A stretch of 64,000 nucleotides of DNA from Mobula hypostoma (lineage: Eukaryota), in contig NC_086108.1 in assembly GCF_963921235.1 (NCBI RefSeq), positions 109,618,001 to 109,682,000 on the forward strand, given 5' to 3'. The position numbers were made by a program, and so were the translations under genes. Below the pieces are notes generated by a model, which had not been told where the DNA came from, did no database searches, and worked only from the letters and a program-made list of their open reading frames with translations. Within the stretch, counting starts at the first letter, position 1; each line of letters begins with the position of its first letter. Below, piece by piece: positions 37,728-51,298 of this stretch.

Positions 37728-38165
37728 GAACACAAAGGATTCTGCAGATGTTGTAAGTCCAGAGCAACATGTGCAAAACGCTGGAGAAACTCAGCAGGTC
37801 AGGCAGCATCTATGGAGGGGAATAAATAGACAGGAGAGTGGACCATGAGAAAAAGGGGAGGAAGAGCACCAAAAAGGGCAGGTGAGGAGAGAGAAGGGGT
37901 AAGAAAGGAGCCAGAATAAGGAATGGAAAAAAAACAGGGAAGAGGGGGAAGTGGAAGTTAGAGAAATCACTATTCATGCTGTCGGGTTGAAGACTACCCA
38001 GATGGAATATGAGGTGTTGCTCCTCCAACCTGAGAGTGGCCTCATTGTAGCAGTAGAGGAGGCCATAGACTAACATATCGAATTGGGAATGGGAAGTTGA
38101 ACTGAAATGGTGGCCATCGGGGAATCAGCCCTTTTGTGGCGGGCAAAGCAAAGGTGTTGGACGAA
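37728..38165 (-). mobile_element. Penelope-like element 3' fragment
   Basis: GLLYCYNEATLRLEEQHLIFHLGSLQPDSMN. Confidence 0.85.
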
Positions 38166-39671
38166 GTACAGAGAAACAAAGCCAAATGAAAAGCAAGGGA
38201 CATGACAAGGTTCAAAAAATCAAAACGTTCAAATGGTTCAGCTTAATATGAGAATGTATACAATATACAACCTGGAATTCTTACTCTTCACAGACATCCA
38301 TGAAACAGAAAAAAAACACCAAAGAGTGGACAACAGAAACATCAGAAACACAAAACCCCCTTCACCCCTCCCACACACAAGCAGCAGTCTTCCCCTCCTC
38401 CCCCATTTGCATCGGCAGAAGCACCAACCCCACCATGCAAGTGATAACAAACGCCCCCAAAAAGACCAGAGTCCATCGAAAACTACAGACCAAAACCCAG
38501 CACTTCAGCATCTCAGACAGGCTCCCTCTCACTAGCGAGGGAGGGAGGTCGCTTCTCCAACAACGAGAGCGGGAGACCAGCAAATCACTGCTCCAACGTT
38601 ACAATCTTCCATGTTGCTTCTGACTCAAGGACCATCAAAAGGAAAGAGAGAGGATTGATCGTGCACAGGGCCCTCCTCCGATCGCAGTGCACACCACCTG
38701 CTAGCTTGATGCTTCAGTCTCCATTGGCGCTTCAGTTGGCAGCACTGGCGAAGAACCAGGTCGCCCATGGTGCAGCCCTGCGAAGGTGCGTGTATTCTAG
38801 CCTGAAGCTGGAGTTATCGAAACACCAGGCCATACGGCCAGTCCGAGAACCCATCGCCCAGGGTGAACCATAGTTTGAGCTGCAGCTATAGATCACGGAC
38901 TCCAACAGTGTCCCAGCCACCTTGAAAAGAAAGGGAAGACCTAAGAAACGAAGAACAAGCTGTTTTGCTTATTGAGAAATGATGAGAGGGCCACTCAAGA
39001 GGCTGATAACAGTGGGATAGAAGCTGTCCTGCAATCTGGCGGTTCATATTCTCAGGCTTCTGTGTCATTAGGAGGAGCCCTTGATGATGTTGGCTGTTTT
39101 CCCAGGACAGCAGGAAGCGTAGACAGTCAACGCAGGGGAGGCTGGTTCCTGTGATGAACTAGGCTCTGTTCACAACTCTCAGAAGAACAGATGCCATACC
39201 AAGGAGTGCTACATCCAGACAGGATGCATTCTATGGTGCATCTGGAGCATCAGGTGAGGGCCTTTATGAGCACGTCATTTTCTTCAACTTTCAAAGGAAG
39301 TATTGCAATTGGAATTGGTTTATTATTGTCCCTTGGACCAAACTACAGTGAAAAGTTCATCTTGCACACTGCTCATACAGATCAGATCATGACACGCAGT
39401 GAATCGAGGTAGAACAAGGTAAAGCAATGGCAATGCAGAACAAAGTGTAACAGCCATGGTGGGCCATAATGCAGTGGTTTGACTCAAAATATCAATTGTC
39501 CAGATTCAGGTTTATTTATCACATATACAGTACCAGGCAAAAGTCTTCGGCACATACACGTAGCCAGGTACTGTATTGGTCAACATGGAGTGGAGAGCGA
39601 GTTTCTAAATCTAGTGGGAGTAGAGACTGTTGGGAGTGGTGAGGATGGAGCACCATGGGAGGAGTGTGAGA

Positions 39672-40060
39672 CAGGACTCTAACCACAGGACAGGCTGCTT
39701 CTAGCCTCCAGTGCTTGTTCCCAAACTTTACACACACAGACGGGCCTCTAATCACAGGACAGGCCACCTCCGGTCTCCAGTCCTATTCCCAGGCTTTACA
39801 CAGGTGAACAGGCCTCTAACCATATGACAGGCCACCTCTGGTCTCCAGTCCTATTCCCAGGCTTTACACAGGTGAACAGGCCTCTAAGCATACGACAGGC
39901 CACCTCCGGTCTCCAGTCCTATTCCCAGGCTTTACACACAGCCAGGCCTCTAACCATACGACAGGCCACCTCCGGTCTCCAGTCCTATTTCCAGGCTTTA
40001 CACAGGGAAACAGGCCTCTAACCATGCGACAGGCTGCCTTTGGCCACCAGTCCTCATTCC
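39672..40060. repeat. Tandem repeat, about 68-bp unit, 5-6 copies
   Basis: aggcctctaaccatacgacaggccacctccggtctccagtcctattcccaggctttacacaggtgaac. Confidence 0.9.
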
Positions 40061-40897
40061 TGAACTTTCAGACTCACTTATCAACTGTTACCTCTCTGAA
40101 ATTCCTATCTTCGGAGAATGTCAACCACTAGGGTTTGTTCTAAGCCCCACTTTGTGTGTGGAGCCTGAGAATTTCACATTCCTGGAAGTGAAGGAACAAT
40201 GGCCCATGATCCCACAGTGGGGATCAATTGTGCAGTGATTCTCCTTCTGGCTGCTGGGTGTGAGGCCCTTGGCCCTGGCTTCAGTGAGGAGAGCACGGTA
40301 GGAATTAGTCTGAGTGTGACCAGTTGAGAATCTAAAGTCAGATGTATCGCTGTTACGGTGCAATAATTCCAGAGGCATGTAGAGGAGTCGGCCAGAATTG
40401 ATTGGAAAAGAACACTGGCAGGGATGACATCAGAGCATCAATCGCAGGAATTTCTGGAAGCAATTCAGAATGCACAAGATTATATACATCCCAAAGAGGA
40501 AAGCTGACTCAACTGTGGGTAACAGCAGAAGCCAAAGCCAACAGAAAAGCCAAAGAGAGGGCATACAATAGAGCAAAACTTAGTGGGAAGTCACACGATT
40601 GGGAAGCTTTAAAAAACCAAAAGAAGGCAACTAAAGAAGTCATTAAGAAGATAAAGAGAGAATACGAAAGTAAGCTCGCCAATAATATTAAAAAAGATGG
40701 TAAACATTTCTTCAGATACATAAGGTGTAAAAGAGAGATGAGAGAGGATATTGGACTGCTGGAAAACAATGCTGGAGAGGTAGTAATGGGTGTTAAGGAA
40801 ATGGTGGATGAACTGAGTAAGTAATTTGCATTAGTCTTCACTGTGGAAGACATTAGCAGTATGGTGGAAGTTCCAGGTGTCTAGTGGTTACCATAAC

Positions 40898-43800
40898 ACT
40901 GAGGTGACTTTAAACTAGAATGGTTGGGGGGTGGGAATCAAATTAAAGAGGCTATGCGTGAGGAGGTTAGTTCACAACAGAGGGATGGGAACCAGTGCAG
41001 AGAGACAGAGGGGTGTAAAGTGAGCGTAGAAGCAAAAAGTACAAAGGAGAAAAGTAAAAGTGGCAGGCCGACAAATCCAGGGCAAGCATTAAAAAGGGCC
41101 ACTTTTCAACGTAATTGTATAAGGGCTAAGAGAGTTGTAAAAGAGCGCCTGAAGGCTTTATGTGTCAATGCAAGGAGCATTTGTAATAAGGTGGATGAAT
41201 TGAAAGTGCAGATTGTTATTAATGATTATGATATAGTTGGGATCACAGAGACATGGCTCCAGGGTGACCAGGGATGGGAGCTCAACGTTCAGGGATATTC
41301 AATATTCAGGAGGGATAGACATGAAGGAAGGGGAGGTGGGGTGGCGTTGCTGGTTAAAAAAGAGATTAACGCAATAGAAAGGAAGGACATAAGCCGGGAA
41401 GATGTGGAATCAATATGGGTAGAGCTGCGTAACACTAAGGGGCAGAAGACGCTGGTGGGAGTTGTGTACAGGCCACCTAACAGTAGTAGTGAGGTCGGAG
41501 ATGGTATTCAAGAGGAAATTAGAAATGTGTGCAATAAAGGAACAGCAGTTATAATGGGTGACTTCAATCTACATGTAGACTGGGTGAACCAAATTGTTAA
41601 AGGTGCTGAGGAAGAGGATTTCTTGGAATGTATGCGGGATGGTTTTTTGAACCAACATGTCAAGGAACCAACTAGAGAGCAGGCTATTCTGGACTGGGTT
41701 TTGAGCAATGAGGAAGGGTTAATTAGCGATCTTGTCGTGAGAGGCCCCTTGGGTAAGAGTGACCATGATATGGTGGAATTCTTCATTAAGATGGAGAGTG
41801 AGATAGTTAATTCAGAAACAAAGGTTCTGAACTTAAAGAGGGGTAACTTTGAAGGTATGAGACGTGAATTAGCTAAGATAGACTGGCAAATGACACTTAA
41901 AGGATTGACGGTGGATATGCAATGGCAAGCATTTAAAGGTTGCATGGATGAACTACAACAATTGTTCATCCCAGTTTGGCAAAAGAATAAATCAAGGAAG
42001 GTAGTGCACCCGTGGCTGACAAGAGAAATTAGGGATAGTATCAATTCCAAAGAAGTAGCATACAAATTAGCCAGAGAAAGTGGCTCACCTGAGGACTGGG
42101 AGAAATTCAGAGTTCAGCAGAGGAGGACAAAGGGCTTAATTAGGAAGGGGAAAAAAGATTATGAGAGAAAACTGGCAGAGAACATAAAAACGGACTGTAA
42201 AAGCTTTTATAGATACGTAAAAAGGAAAAGACTGGTAAAGACAAATGTAGGTCCCCTGCAGACAGAAACAGGTGAATTGATTATGGGGAGCAAGGACATG
42301 GCAGACCAATTGAATAATTACTTTGGTTCTGTCTTCACTAAGGAGGACATAAATAATCTTCCAGAAATAGTAAGGGACAGAGGGTCCAGTGAGATGGAGG
42401 AACTGAGTGAAATACATGTTAGTAGGGAAGTGGTGTTAGGTAAATTGAAGGGATTGAAGGCAGATAAATCCCCAGGGCCAGATGGTCTGCATCCCAGAGT
42501 GCTTAAGGAAGTAGCCCAAGAAATAGTGGATGCATTAGTGATAATTTTTCAAAACTCGTTAGATTCTGGACTAGTTCCTGAGGATTGAAGGGTGGCTAAT
42601 GTAACCCCACTTTTTAAAAAAGGAGGGAGAGAGAAACCGGGGAATTATAGGCCGGTTAGCCTAACGTCGGTGGTGGGGAAACTGCTGGAGTCAGTTATCA
42701 AGGATGTGATAACAGCACATTTGGAAAGCGGTGAAATGATCGGACAAAGTCAGCATGGATTTGTGAAAGGAAAATCATGTCTGACGAATCTCATAGAATT
42801 TTTTGAGGATGTAACTAGTAGAGTGGATAGGGGAGAACCAGTGGATGTGGTATATTTGGATTTTCAAAAGGCTTTTGACAAGGTCCCACACAGGAGATTA
42901 GTGGGCAAACTTAAAGCACACGGTATTGGGGGTAAGGTATTGGTGTGGGTGGAGAATTGGTTAGCAGACAGGAAGCAAAGAGTGGGAATAAACGGGACCT
43001 TTTCAGAATGGCAGGCGGTAACTAGTGGGGTACCGCAAGGCTCAGTGCTGGGACCCCAGTTGTTTACAATATATATTAATGACTTGGATGAGGGAATTAA
43101 ATGCAGTATCTCCAAGTTTGCGGATGACACGAAGCTGGGTGGCAGTGTTAGCAGTGAGGAGGATGCTAAGAGGATGCAGGGTGACTTGGATAGGTTGGGT
43201 GAGTGGGCAAACTCATGGCAGATGCAATTTAATGTGGATAAATGTGAAGTTATCCACTTTGGTGGCAAAAATAGGAAAACAGATTATTATCTGAATGGTG
43301 GCCGATTAGGAAAAGGGGAGGTGCAACGAGACCTGGGTGTCATTATACACCAGTCATTGAAAGTGGGCATGCAGGTACAGCAGGCGGTGAAAAAGGCGAA
43401 TGGTATGCTGGCATTTATAGCGAGACGATTCGAGTACAGGAGCAGGGAGGTACTACTGCAGTTGTACAAGGCCTTGGTGAGACCACACCTGGAGTATTGT
43501 GTGCAGTTTTGGTCCCCTAATCTGAGGAAAGACATCTTTGCCATAGAGGGAGTACAAAGAAGGTTCACCAGATTGATTCCTGGGATGGCAGGTCTTTCAT
43601 ATGAAGAAAGACTGGATGAACTGGGTTTGTACTTGTTGGAATTTAGAAGATTGAGGGGGGATCTGATTGAAACATATAAGATCCTAAAGGGATTGGACAG
43701 GCTAGATGCGGGAAGATTGTTCCCGATGTTGGGGAGGTCCAGAACGAGGGGTCACAGTTTGAGGATAGAGGGGAAGCCTTTTAGGACCGAGATTAGGAAA

Positions 43801-44052
43801 AACTTCTTCACACAGAGAGTGGTGAATCTGTGGAATTCTCTGCCACAGCAAACTGTTGAGGCCAGTTCATTGGCTATGTTTAAGAGAGAGTTAGATATGG
43901 CCCTTGTGGCTACAGGGGTCAGGGGGTATGGAGGGAAGGCTGGGGCGGGGTTCTGAGTTGGATGATCAGCCATGATCATAATAAATGGCGGTGCAGGCTC
44001 GAAGGGCCGAATGGCCTACTCCTGCACCTATTTTCTATGTTTCTATGTTTCT
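40898..44052 (+). mobile_element. Young CR1 with full ORF2 region
   Basis: TSD ATAAC at 40893-40897 and 44053-44057; ORF1 end ..TLN* at about 40918; (TTTCTATG)n tail. Confidence 0.97.
40924..43956 (+). pseudogene. CR1 ORF2 APE-RT, single in-frame stop at 42586-42588
   Basis: The 554-aa and 454-aa ORFs are in the same frame; PED*RVAN replaces the conserved PEDWRVAN. Confidence 0.95.
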
Positions 44053-44627
44053 ATAACTAGAGAGAAGGTTCTTGGGAAACTGAAAGGCCTGAAGGTAGAC
44101 AAGTTACCTGGACCAGATGGTGTACACCCCAGAGTTCTGAAAGAGGTGGCTGAAGAGATTGTGGAGGCATTAGTAATGATCTTTCAAGAATCACTAGGTT
44201 CTAGAATAGTTCCAGAAGACTGGAAAATTGCAAATGTCAGTCCACTCTTCAAGAAGGGAGAGAGGAGGGAGAAAAGAAATTATATGCCAGTTAGTCAGAG
44301 CTCAATGGTTGGAAAAAGATGTTGGAGTTGGTTATTAAGGATGAAGTCTCAGGGTACTTGGTGACACAAGAAATAATAGGACATAATCAGCATGGTGCCC
44401 TCAAGGGAAAATCTCATCTGACAAATCTGTTGGAATTCTTTAAAAAAATAACAAGCAGGATAGACAAAGGAGAATCGGTTGATGTTAGTATTTGGATTTT
44501 CAGAAGGCCTTTGACAAGGTGTCGCACATGAGACTGCTTAACAAATTACGAATCCATGGTATTGCAGGAAAAATTCTAGCATGCATAAAGCAGTGGCTGA
44601 TTGGCTAGAGGAAAAGAGTGGGAATAA

Positions 44628-45334
44628 GGAGATGGTGGTGGACTTAGCCTATACTGCTCCCTGTTACTATTGAAGGTGAGGACATGAATGTGGTGAGGAG
44701 TTACAAGTACCTGGGGTTGCACCTAGATGACAGACTTGAGTGGATCACCAACACAGAGACTGTGTACAAGAAGGGCCAGAATCGCCATGACTTCCTGAGG
44801 AGACTGAGGTCCTTTGGAGTATGCAGGCCTCTCCTTCACATGTTCTACCAGTCTGTTGTTGCTAGTACAATCTTCTCTGCAGTGGTGTGCTGGGACAATG
44901 GTATCAACACAGGTGATGCCAACAGGCTCAGTAAACTGATTAGAAAGGCTGGCTCTGTTATAGCAGTCAAACTGGACATGCTGGAGGCTTGGTAGAATAA
45001 AGGACCTGCTGGAGAATCCTGGCAATTCAGGACAATGATTCTCACCCTCTGCATGCCACCTTAGCTAAACAGGGGAGCACTTTTGGTAATAGACTAAGAC
45101 AACTACACTGCTCCAAAGAGTGCTATATGAGGTCATTCTTACCCTCAGCCATTAGGCTCTATAATGAGTCAACCTATAGCCAGGGAAGTGATGACTCCCT
45201 CCTGTTAGTCTGTTTGAGGTAACTTATTTTTTCTTCTTTCTTACTTCTCTTTTAATATTTGTATATATGTGCGCTTGTAATGCTACTGTGACACTGTAAT
45301 TTACTTAGGGTTCCATAAAGTATCTATCTATCTA
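44628..45334 (+). mobile_element. Rex1/Babar 3' fragment nested in a CR1
   Basis: YKYLGLHLDDRLEW..FLRRLRSFGV..FYQSVVAS; (TATC)n tail. Confidence 0.85.
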
Positions 45335-46640
45335 ATGAGAGCCTTTTCTGGCTAGCTGCTGGTGACTAGTGGTGTTCCACAGGGGTCTGTGTTGGGACTG
45401 ACTCTTTTTATGTCATATGTCAATGATTTGGATGATGGAATTGATGATTTTTTTGCAAAGTTTGCAGACGATATGAAGATAGGTGGAGGAGCAGGCAGAT
45501 TTGAGGAAGTAGAGAGGTACAGAAGGACTTAGACAGATTAGGAGAATGGACCAAGAAATGGCAGGTGGAATACAATGTTGAGAAGTGTATGTTCATGCAC
45601 TTTGGTTGAAGAAATGAAATGGTTGACTATTTCTAAATGGAGAGAAAATACAAAAAAACTGAAGTGCAACGGGACTTGGGAATCCTTGTGCATGATTCCC
45701 TAAAGGATAAATTTCAGGTTAAGTCTGTGGTGAGAATGTGCTGAAATTGGAGAGGTTTCAAAGGAGGTTCACAAAAATTATTCCAGGACTTAATAGCTTG
45801 TCATATAAAAAATGTTTGATAGCTCTGCGCCTGTATTCACTGGAATTCAGAAGAATGAGGGGTGATCTCATTGAAACCTATTGAATGATGAAAGGTCTTA
45901 ATAGATTGGATGTGGAGAGGATGTTTCCCATGTTGGGAGGCTCTAAGACCAGAGGACACAGCCACAGAATAGAGGAGTGTCCTTTTAGAACAGAGATGAG
46001 GAGGAATTTCTTTAGCCAGGGAGTGGTGAATCTGTGGAGTTCTTTGTCACAGGCAACTGAGGCCAATTCTTTATGTATATTTAAGGCAGAAGTTGATAGA
46101 TTCTTGATTGGTCAGGGCATAAAGTGATATGGAGAGAAGGCAGGAGATTGGGGCTGAGAGGAAAATTGGATCAGTCACAATGGAACGGCAGAGCAGACTC
46201 GATGGGCCAAGTGGCCTAATTGTGCTCCTATATCTTTTGTTCTTATTTCCCCCCACAGATGCTGCTCGTCCTACTGAGATCCTCCAGCATTTTGTATGTT
46301 GTTCCAGTTTCCAGCACCCACATTCTCTTGTTTCTCCTTAAATATTCTGCTCAACACCATAAGACTATAAGACAGAGGAGCAGAATTAGGCCACTGGGCC
46401 CATCAAATCTGCTCTGCCATTTTATCATGGCTGATTTATGTCTCTTTAGTTGTGGCTGTCTCTTAACAGCCCTCATTAGAGATGGACATAAAACATCGCT
46501 GTCACCGGCGACATCCGCATCTCATGAACAAAAATAAATTTGCTTTGGGATGTGAGCAATGACTCAATAGAAAAGTTACCTTGAGGGAATTAAAGTCAAT
46601 CTTGTGAAAACTTCTACGTCCAATAGTTCATTTTCCAGTA

Positions 46641-47200
46641 ATGTTATATTTCATTAGCAGTTTGAGGAGACCTGGAATGTCACCAAAGAATATCGCAAGT
46701 TTCTGCTGGTATACCATGGACAGTATTCTTACTGGTTGCATCACTGTCTGGAGGGTCCACTGCACAGGATTGGAAAAGGCTGCAGAAAGTTGTGAATTCG
46801 GCCTGCTCCATCGTAGGCACTAGACTCCCCAGCATCGAGGACATCTTCAAATGGTTGTGCCACAAAAAGGCAGCATCCATTATTAAGGACCCCCATCACC
46901 AAGGATATGTCCTCTTCTCAATGCTACCATCAGGAAGGAGGTACAGGAGCCTGAAGGTACACACTCAATGTTTTAGGAACAGCTTCTTCCCCTCTACCAT
47001 CAGAGTTCAGAATGAACATTGTACCCATGGAAACCACCTCACCATTCTTTTTCTTTCTCTCTTTTTGTTCTACTTATTCAAATATATATATATTTCTTAT
47101 TGTAATTTGTAGTTTTTTAAAATTTTTATTGTAATGTTTTGCTGCTGTAAAACAACAAATTTCATGAAACATGCCAGTGACATTAAACCTGATTCTGATG
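46641..47200 (+). mobile_element. Rex1/Babar 3' fragment
   Basis: SILTGCITVW; KAASIIKDPHH..LPSGRRYRSL..RNSFFP. Confidence 0.85.
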
Positions 47201-48118
47201 TGACTTCAGTCCCCTCGGTTGTGGCTGGTTCTTAACTGCCCTCATTATAGTTGAATGTAAAATACCACCGTTGTCAATAAGATCCACATCTCGTGAACAA
47301 AAATAAATTTGCTTTTGGGTTGCAAGTAAGGAATCGATAAAAAAGCTACCTTGCGGGAATTAAAGTCAATCTTCCGAAAACATCTGGGTCTAATGGTTCA
47401 TTTTCCAGTTACAGAGGTGTAACTATCTGACATTTCGTGTGTTTATAATCCTGCTGCCTCCCTATTAGTTATTCATTTACCAAATTCAAAATTTATAACC
47501 CACCCAGATGGGATTTGAAAGCGTTACTTGCTCGACCACCAGGGATCCGACACTACACAAGGAAGATTTCCAATAGTGCATTATTGATGTCCTTCCTGGG
47601 ATGCTCAGAAAATAATTAACACATTTCCACGAACATTCCACAAATGTTACTTCAACTCTGGGGACCTTGACATAGTCCTGGGAACTCCTACAAATATTGA
47701 CACAATTGCCTTTAAATAGGGAGGATGACTGGTGAACATCTCTTAAAAGTCCGACTTAGCATGCCCTCAAATTAATAACTCATCTTTGGAATGTGCGAGG
47801 GTCCATCCTCCTCATATAGATCATCCCCGCTAATCCAGGTAGCACCCTGGTGAACCGTTTCTGCGCCCTCTCCAAAGCCACAAGTCCTTCCTATAATGAC
47901 CAAAAGACCATAAGGCATAGGACCGAAATTAGCCACTTGACCCATCAAGTCTGATTTGACCAAGGTTGACTTGTTATCCCTTTCAATCCCGTTCTCCCGC
48001 CTTCTTTATTTAGTTTATTTATTCACTGGTACATTCTGGAATGCGCCATTGAGCCGCACTGCCACTGCCCAGCAATCCACCAATTTTAACCCTAGTCTAA
48101 TTATGGATTGGTTCCTAA

Positions 48119-48660
48119 GGTTGTCATAGCTGGGGGAATAGTGGGGATAAGCTCCCATTAACTATTAAATGCTCCCAGTGATGTGCATCTCAAATAGCTT
48201 CTGACAACCAAGTCCAGCTCTTAGCCCTCATGTGTGGCTTAGCGACTAAGCTATTTCTACTGACAGGAGAAAAGGCAAAGATAGATTACTGGCACTTTAA
48301 AACAAGTCACTTTGTGCAGATATGGCTCGTCAGCTGTGGCTGGCAGCTCATCTAGGAGAAGGAGAACTCTGATCTCAAACCTCCGCTGCCTTGCGGTGAT
48401 ACCCACTCATGGGGGAGGTTTTGGGAGTAAACCTTGAGGAAAATTCTGATTCTATAGTCCCTAAGGCAGCCCAACATTGAGTTCATCGATGACTGGAAGC
48501 TCCTGAAATGCTACTGGTGCCAAACTGTATCAGTCTCAGCTTTTCCTTGGATTTATCAGCTGCATGGAGAGGGGGAGCCTGCTGCTGGAGCTATAGCTTG
48601 CTCTCCGTATTGTACTGATGCACCATTCATAGTTGACTCCAACTAATGGAGGGCCTTAAA
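48119..48660 (+). mobile_element. Most complete RTE-like short element, inserted in a V-SINE (about 48005-48110 and 48665-48825, minus strand)
   Basis: Starts ggttgtca; contains tctaggagaaggagaactctgatctcaaacctccgctgccttgcgg. Confidence 0.7.
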
Positions 48661-49074
48661 AGTCATTGGACAATTTACAATGACCAATAAACTGTGGGAG
48701 GAAACCGGAGAATCCGGAGGAAACCTGGGGGAGAATGTACAAATTTGCTTGCAGAGGACAGGTTTCCGAACTCTGACGCCCTGAGATGTAATAGTGTCGC
48801 ACTAACTGCTACACCATAGTGGCGCACATATCGATACAATTGCCTTCAAATAGAGAGGATGACTGATGAACAAAGGTCTATCCAGCAGCTACTGACATAG
48901 CTTTGTGGAGCTGGTGGGGAGGAGAGTGACAAGGAAGACATTGGTCACACTTCATCGTCCAGGCTGTTGGAAATCAAAGCACGGCAGAGTCAAGTATTTG
49001 TGGTAATGCTCGAAATTTTCAATAGGTAAATGATCAGAAATGGAAAAATACCCAAATTCTCTCCGGCCCGCTGA

Positions 49075-49498
49075 GTACAGCGGAAGAAGAATGAAGAAAA
49101 TGGGGATGGATAGGGTACACACTGCGTAAGCCAAGTACCAGCATCAGCAAAGTCAAAGTCAATTTATTATCGAAGTACACATAAATGTCTCCACATACAA
49201 CCCTGAGGTCCGTTTTCTTGCAGGCATTCACAGTAAATCCAAGAAACACAATAGAATCAGTGAAAGACCGCACCCAAGGATGGACTAACGAACAGACAAC
49301 AAGGTGCAACTACCAGGCCAGCACTAACGTGGAATCCCCAAGGAAAGTGGAAAAGGGGTCAACCAAAGAAAACCTGGTGAAGCAGCCTTGAAGCTGACGA
49401 CAAGAGGACTGGCTGCACCCGGGGGACAAATTGAAAGGCTGACCCAGGAGAGAGCAGCCTATGCCCCAGTAAGGGTGATGAGTCAACTAACCAACTAA
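49075..49498 (+). mobile_element. RTE 3' fragment interrupted at about 49146-49317
   Basis: KWGWIG..HTLRKP | ALTWNPQGK..GQPKKTW. Confidence 0.7.
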
Positions 49499-49508
49499 AT
49501 GCTGTTTA

Positions 49509-50035
49509 CATAGAACATAGAACAGTACGGTAGAAGCCCTTCGGCCCATGACCTTTAACTTACCGATTCTCTAACCTACCACAGGATCGATCTAACCCTT
49601 CTCTCCCACATAACCCTCATTTTTTCTTTCATCCATGATCCACGTGTCTACTTAAGGGACTCTTAAATGCCCCTAATGTACTTGCATCTACCACTATCGC
49701 TGGAAGTGCATTCCATGCAGTCACCACTTTCTTACCTCTGACATCCCCCCCTATGCTTTCCTCCAATAACCTTAAAATTATGCCTTCTTGTATGGGTCAT
49801 TTCCACCCAGGCACTGGCTGGCCACTCTATTATTGCCTCTTATCACCTTGTACATATCTTTTAAGTCACATCTCATCCTCCTTCTTTCTAAAATGAAAAA
49901 CCCTTACTCCCACAATCTATCCTCCTAAAACACGCACTCCAATCCAGGCAGCGTCCTGGTAAGTCTCCTCTGCACCCTCTCTAAACCTTCCGCTCCCTTC
50001 CTTTAATGAAGTGACCAGAAGTGAACACAATACCC
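49509..50035 (-). mobile_element. Old CR1 3' fragment
   Basis: catagaacatagaacag tail; degenerate RT end. Confidence 0.75.
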
Positions 50036-50358
50036 CCGGCATTTCATACTGCTGTAGCTATTCGTAGTGTGTGGAGCAAGCTGCCAGTGCAGGGGCTGAA
50101 TGCAAATTCGATTGGAACATTTAAGAGAGCTTTGGATAGGTTTATGGTTGGGAGGGGTATGTTCCAGCTGTGGGTTGATGGGATGATGTAAAATAACTCT
50201 TCAGCACACACTAAGTGTGAAGAAGGGCCTGTTTCTGTGTTTTAGTCCTCCAGGATTCTAATGACTCCAACGAAAATTGAACCGGGGTCACTAGAGCTGT
50301 GAGCCAAGCTCTTGACTAGTTATACCACTGTGCTTCATGAACAATATGTGATGTTTAT

Positions 50359-50560
50359 GCACACACAAAATGCTGGAGGAACTCAGCAAGTCAGGTAGCA
50401 TCAGTGAAGAGAAATAAACAGTCCAATTTTTGGGCCAAGCTCCTGACACTGATGAAGGGCCTCGGCCCAAAACATCGACTGTTTATTCCTCTCCACAGAT
50501 GCTGCCTGACCTGCTAAATTCTTCTAGCGTTTTGTTTTGTGTGTGTGTGTCTGTGCATAT

Positions 50561-50609
<49 letters not shown>

Positions 50610-50696
50610 TGTGTGTGTGTTTGTGTGTGTGTACGTGCGTGTGTGTATCTGTGTGTCTGTGTCTGTGTGTGTGTGTATGTGTGTGTGGGTGTCTGT

Positions 50697-50736
<40 letters not shown>

Positions 50737-50835
50737 CTGTGTCTGTGTGGTGTGTGTGTGTCTGTGTCTGTGTGTGTGTTTGTGTGTGTGTACGTGCGTG
50801 TGTGTGTGTGTGTGTGTGTCTGTGCGTATGTGTGT

Positions 50836-50874
<39 letters not shown>

Positions 50875-51156
50875 TGTGTGTCTGTGTGTCTGTGTATGTG
50901 TGTGTACGTGTGTCTGTGTGTGTGTGTGTGTCTGCGTGTGTGTGTGTCTGTGTGTGTGTGTGGTGTGTGTGTGTCTGTATGTGTGTGTCTGTGTGTGTGT
51001 CTGTCTGTCTGTCTGTGTGTGCGTGTCTGTGTGTGTGTGTCTGTGTGTGTGTGTGTGTGTGTCTGTGTGTGTCTGTGTGTGTGTATGTGTGTGTCTATGT
51101 TTGTGTGTGTCTGCGTGTCTGTGTGTGTGTCTGTGTGTGTGTGTGTGTCTGTGCTG

Positions 51157-51195
<39 letters not shown>

Positions 51196-51211
51196 ATGTG
51201 TGTGTGTGTGT

Positions 51212-51244
<33 letters not shown>

Positions 51245-51259
51245 TGTCCGTGTGTGTGT

Positions 51260-51298
<39 letters not shown>

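Larger units (their letters stand above)
40385..46240 (+). mobile_element. Older CR1 split twice (about 40385-40897, 44053-44627, 45335-46240)
   Basis: ORF2 motifs read on across both insertions. Confidence 0.85.

Noticed and set aside
42586..42588. In-frame TGA as selenocysteine or programmed readthrough
   Set aside because: It replaces a Trp that is conserved in other CR1 copies in this window, so a point mutation is simpler.
1160..43979. Many short antisense ORFs over LINE copies
   Set aside because: They are shadow frames of RT/endonuclease sequence with no independent support.
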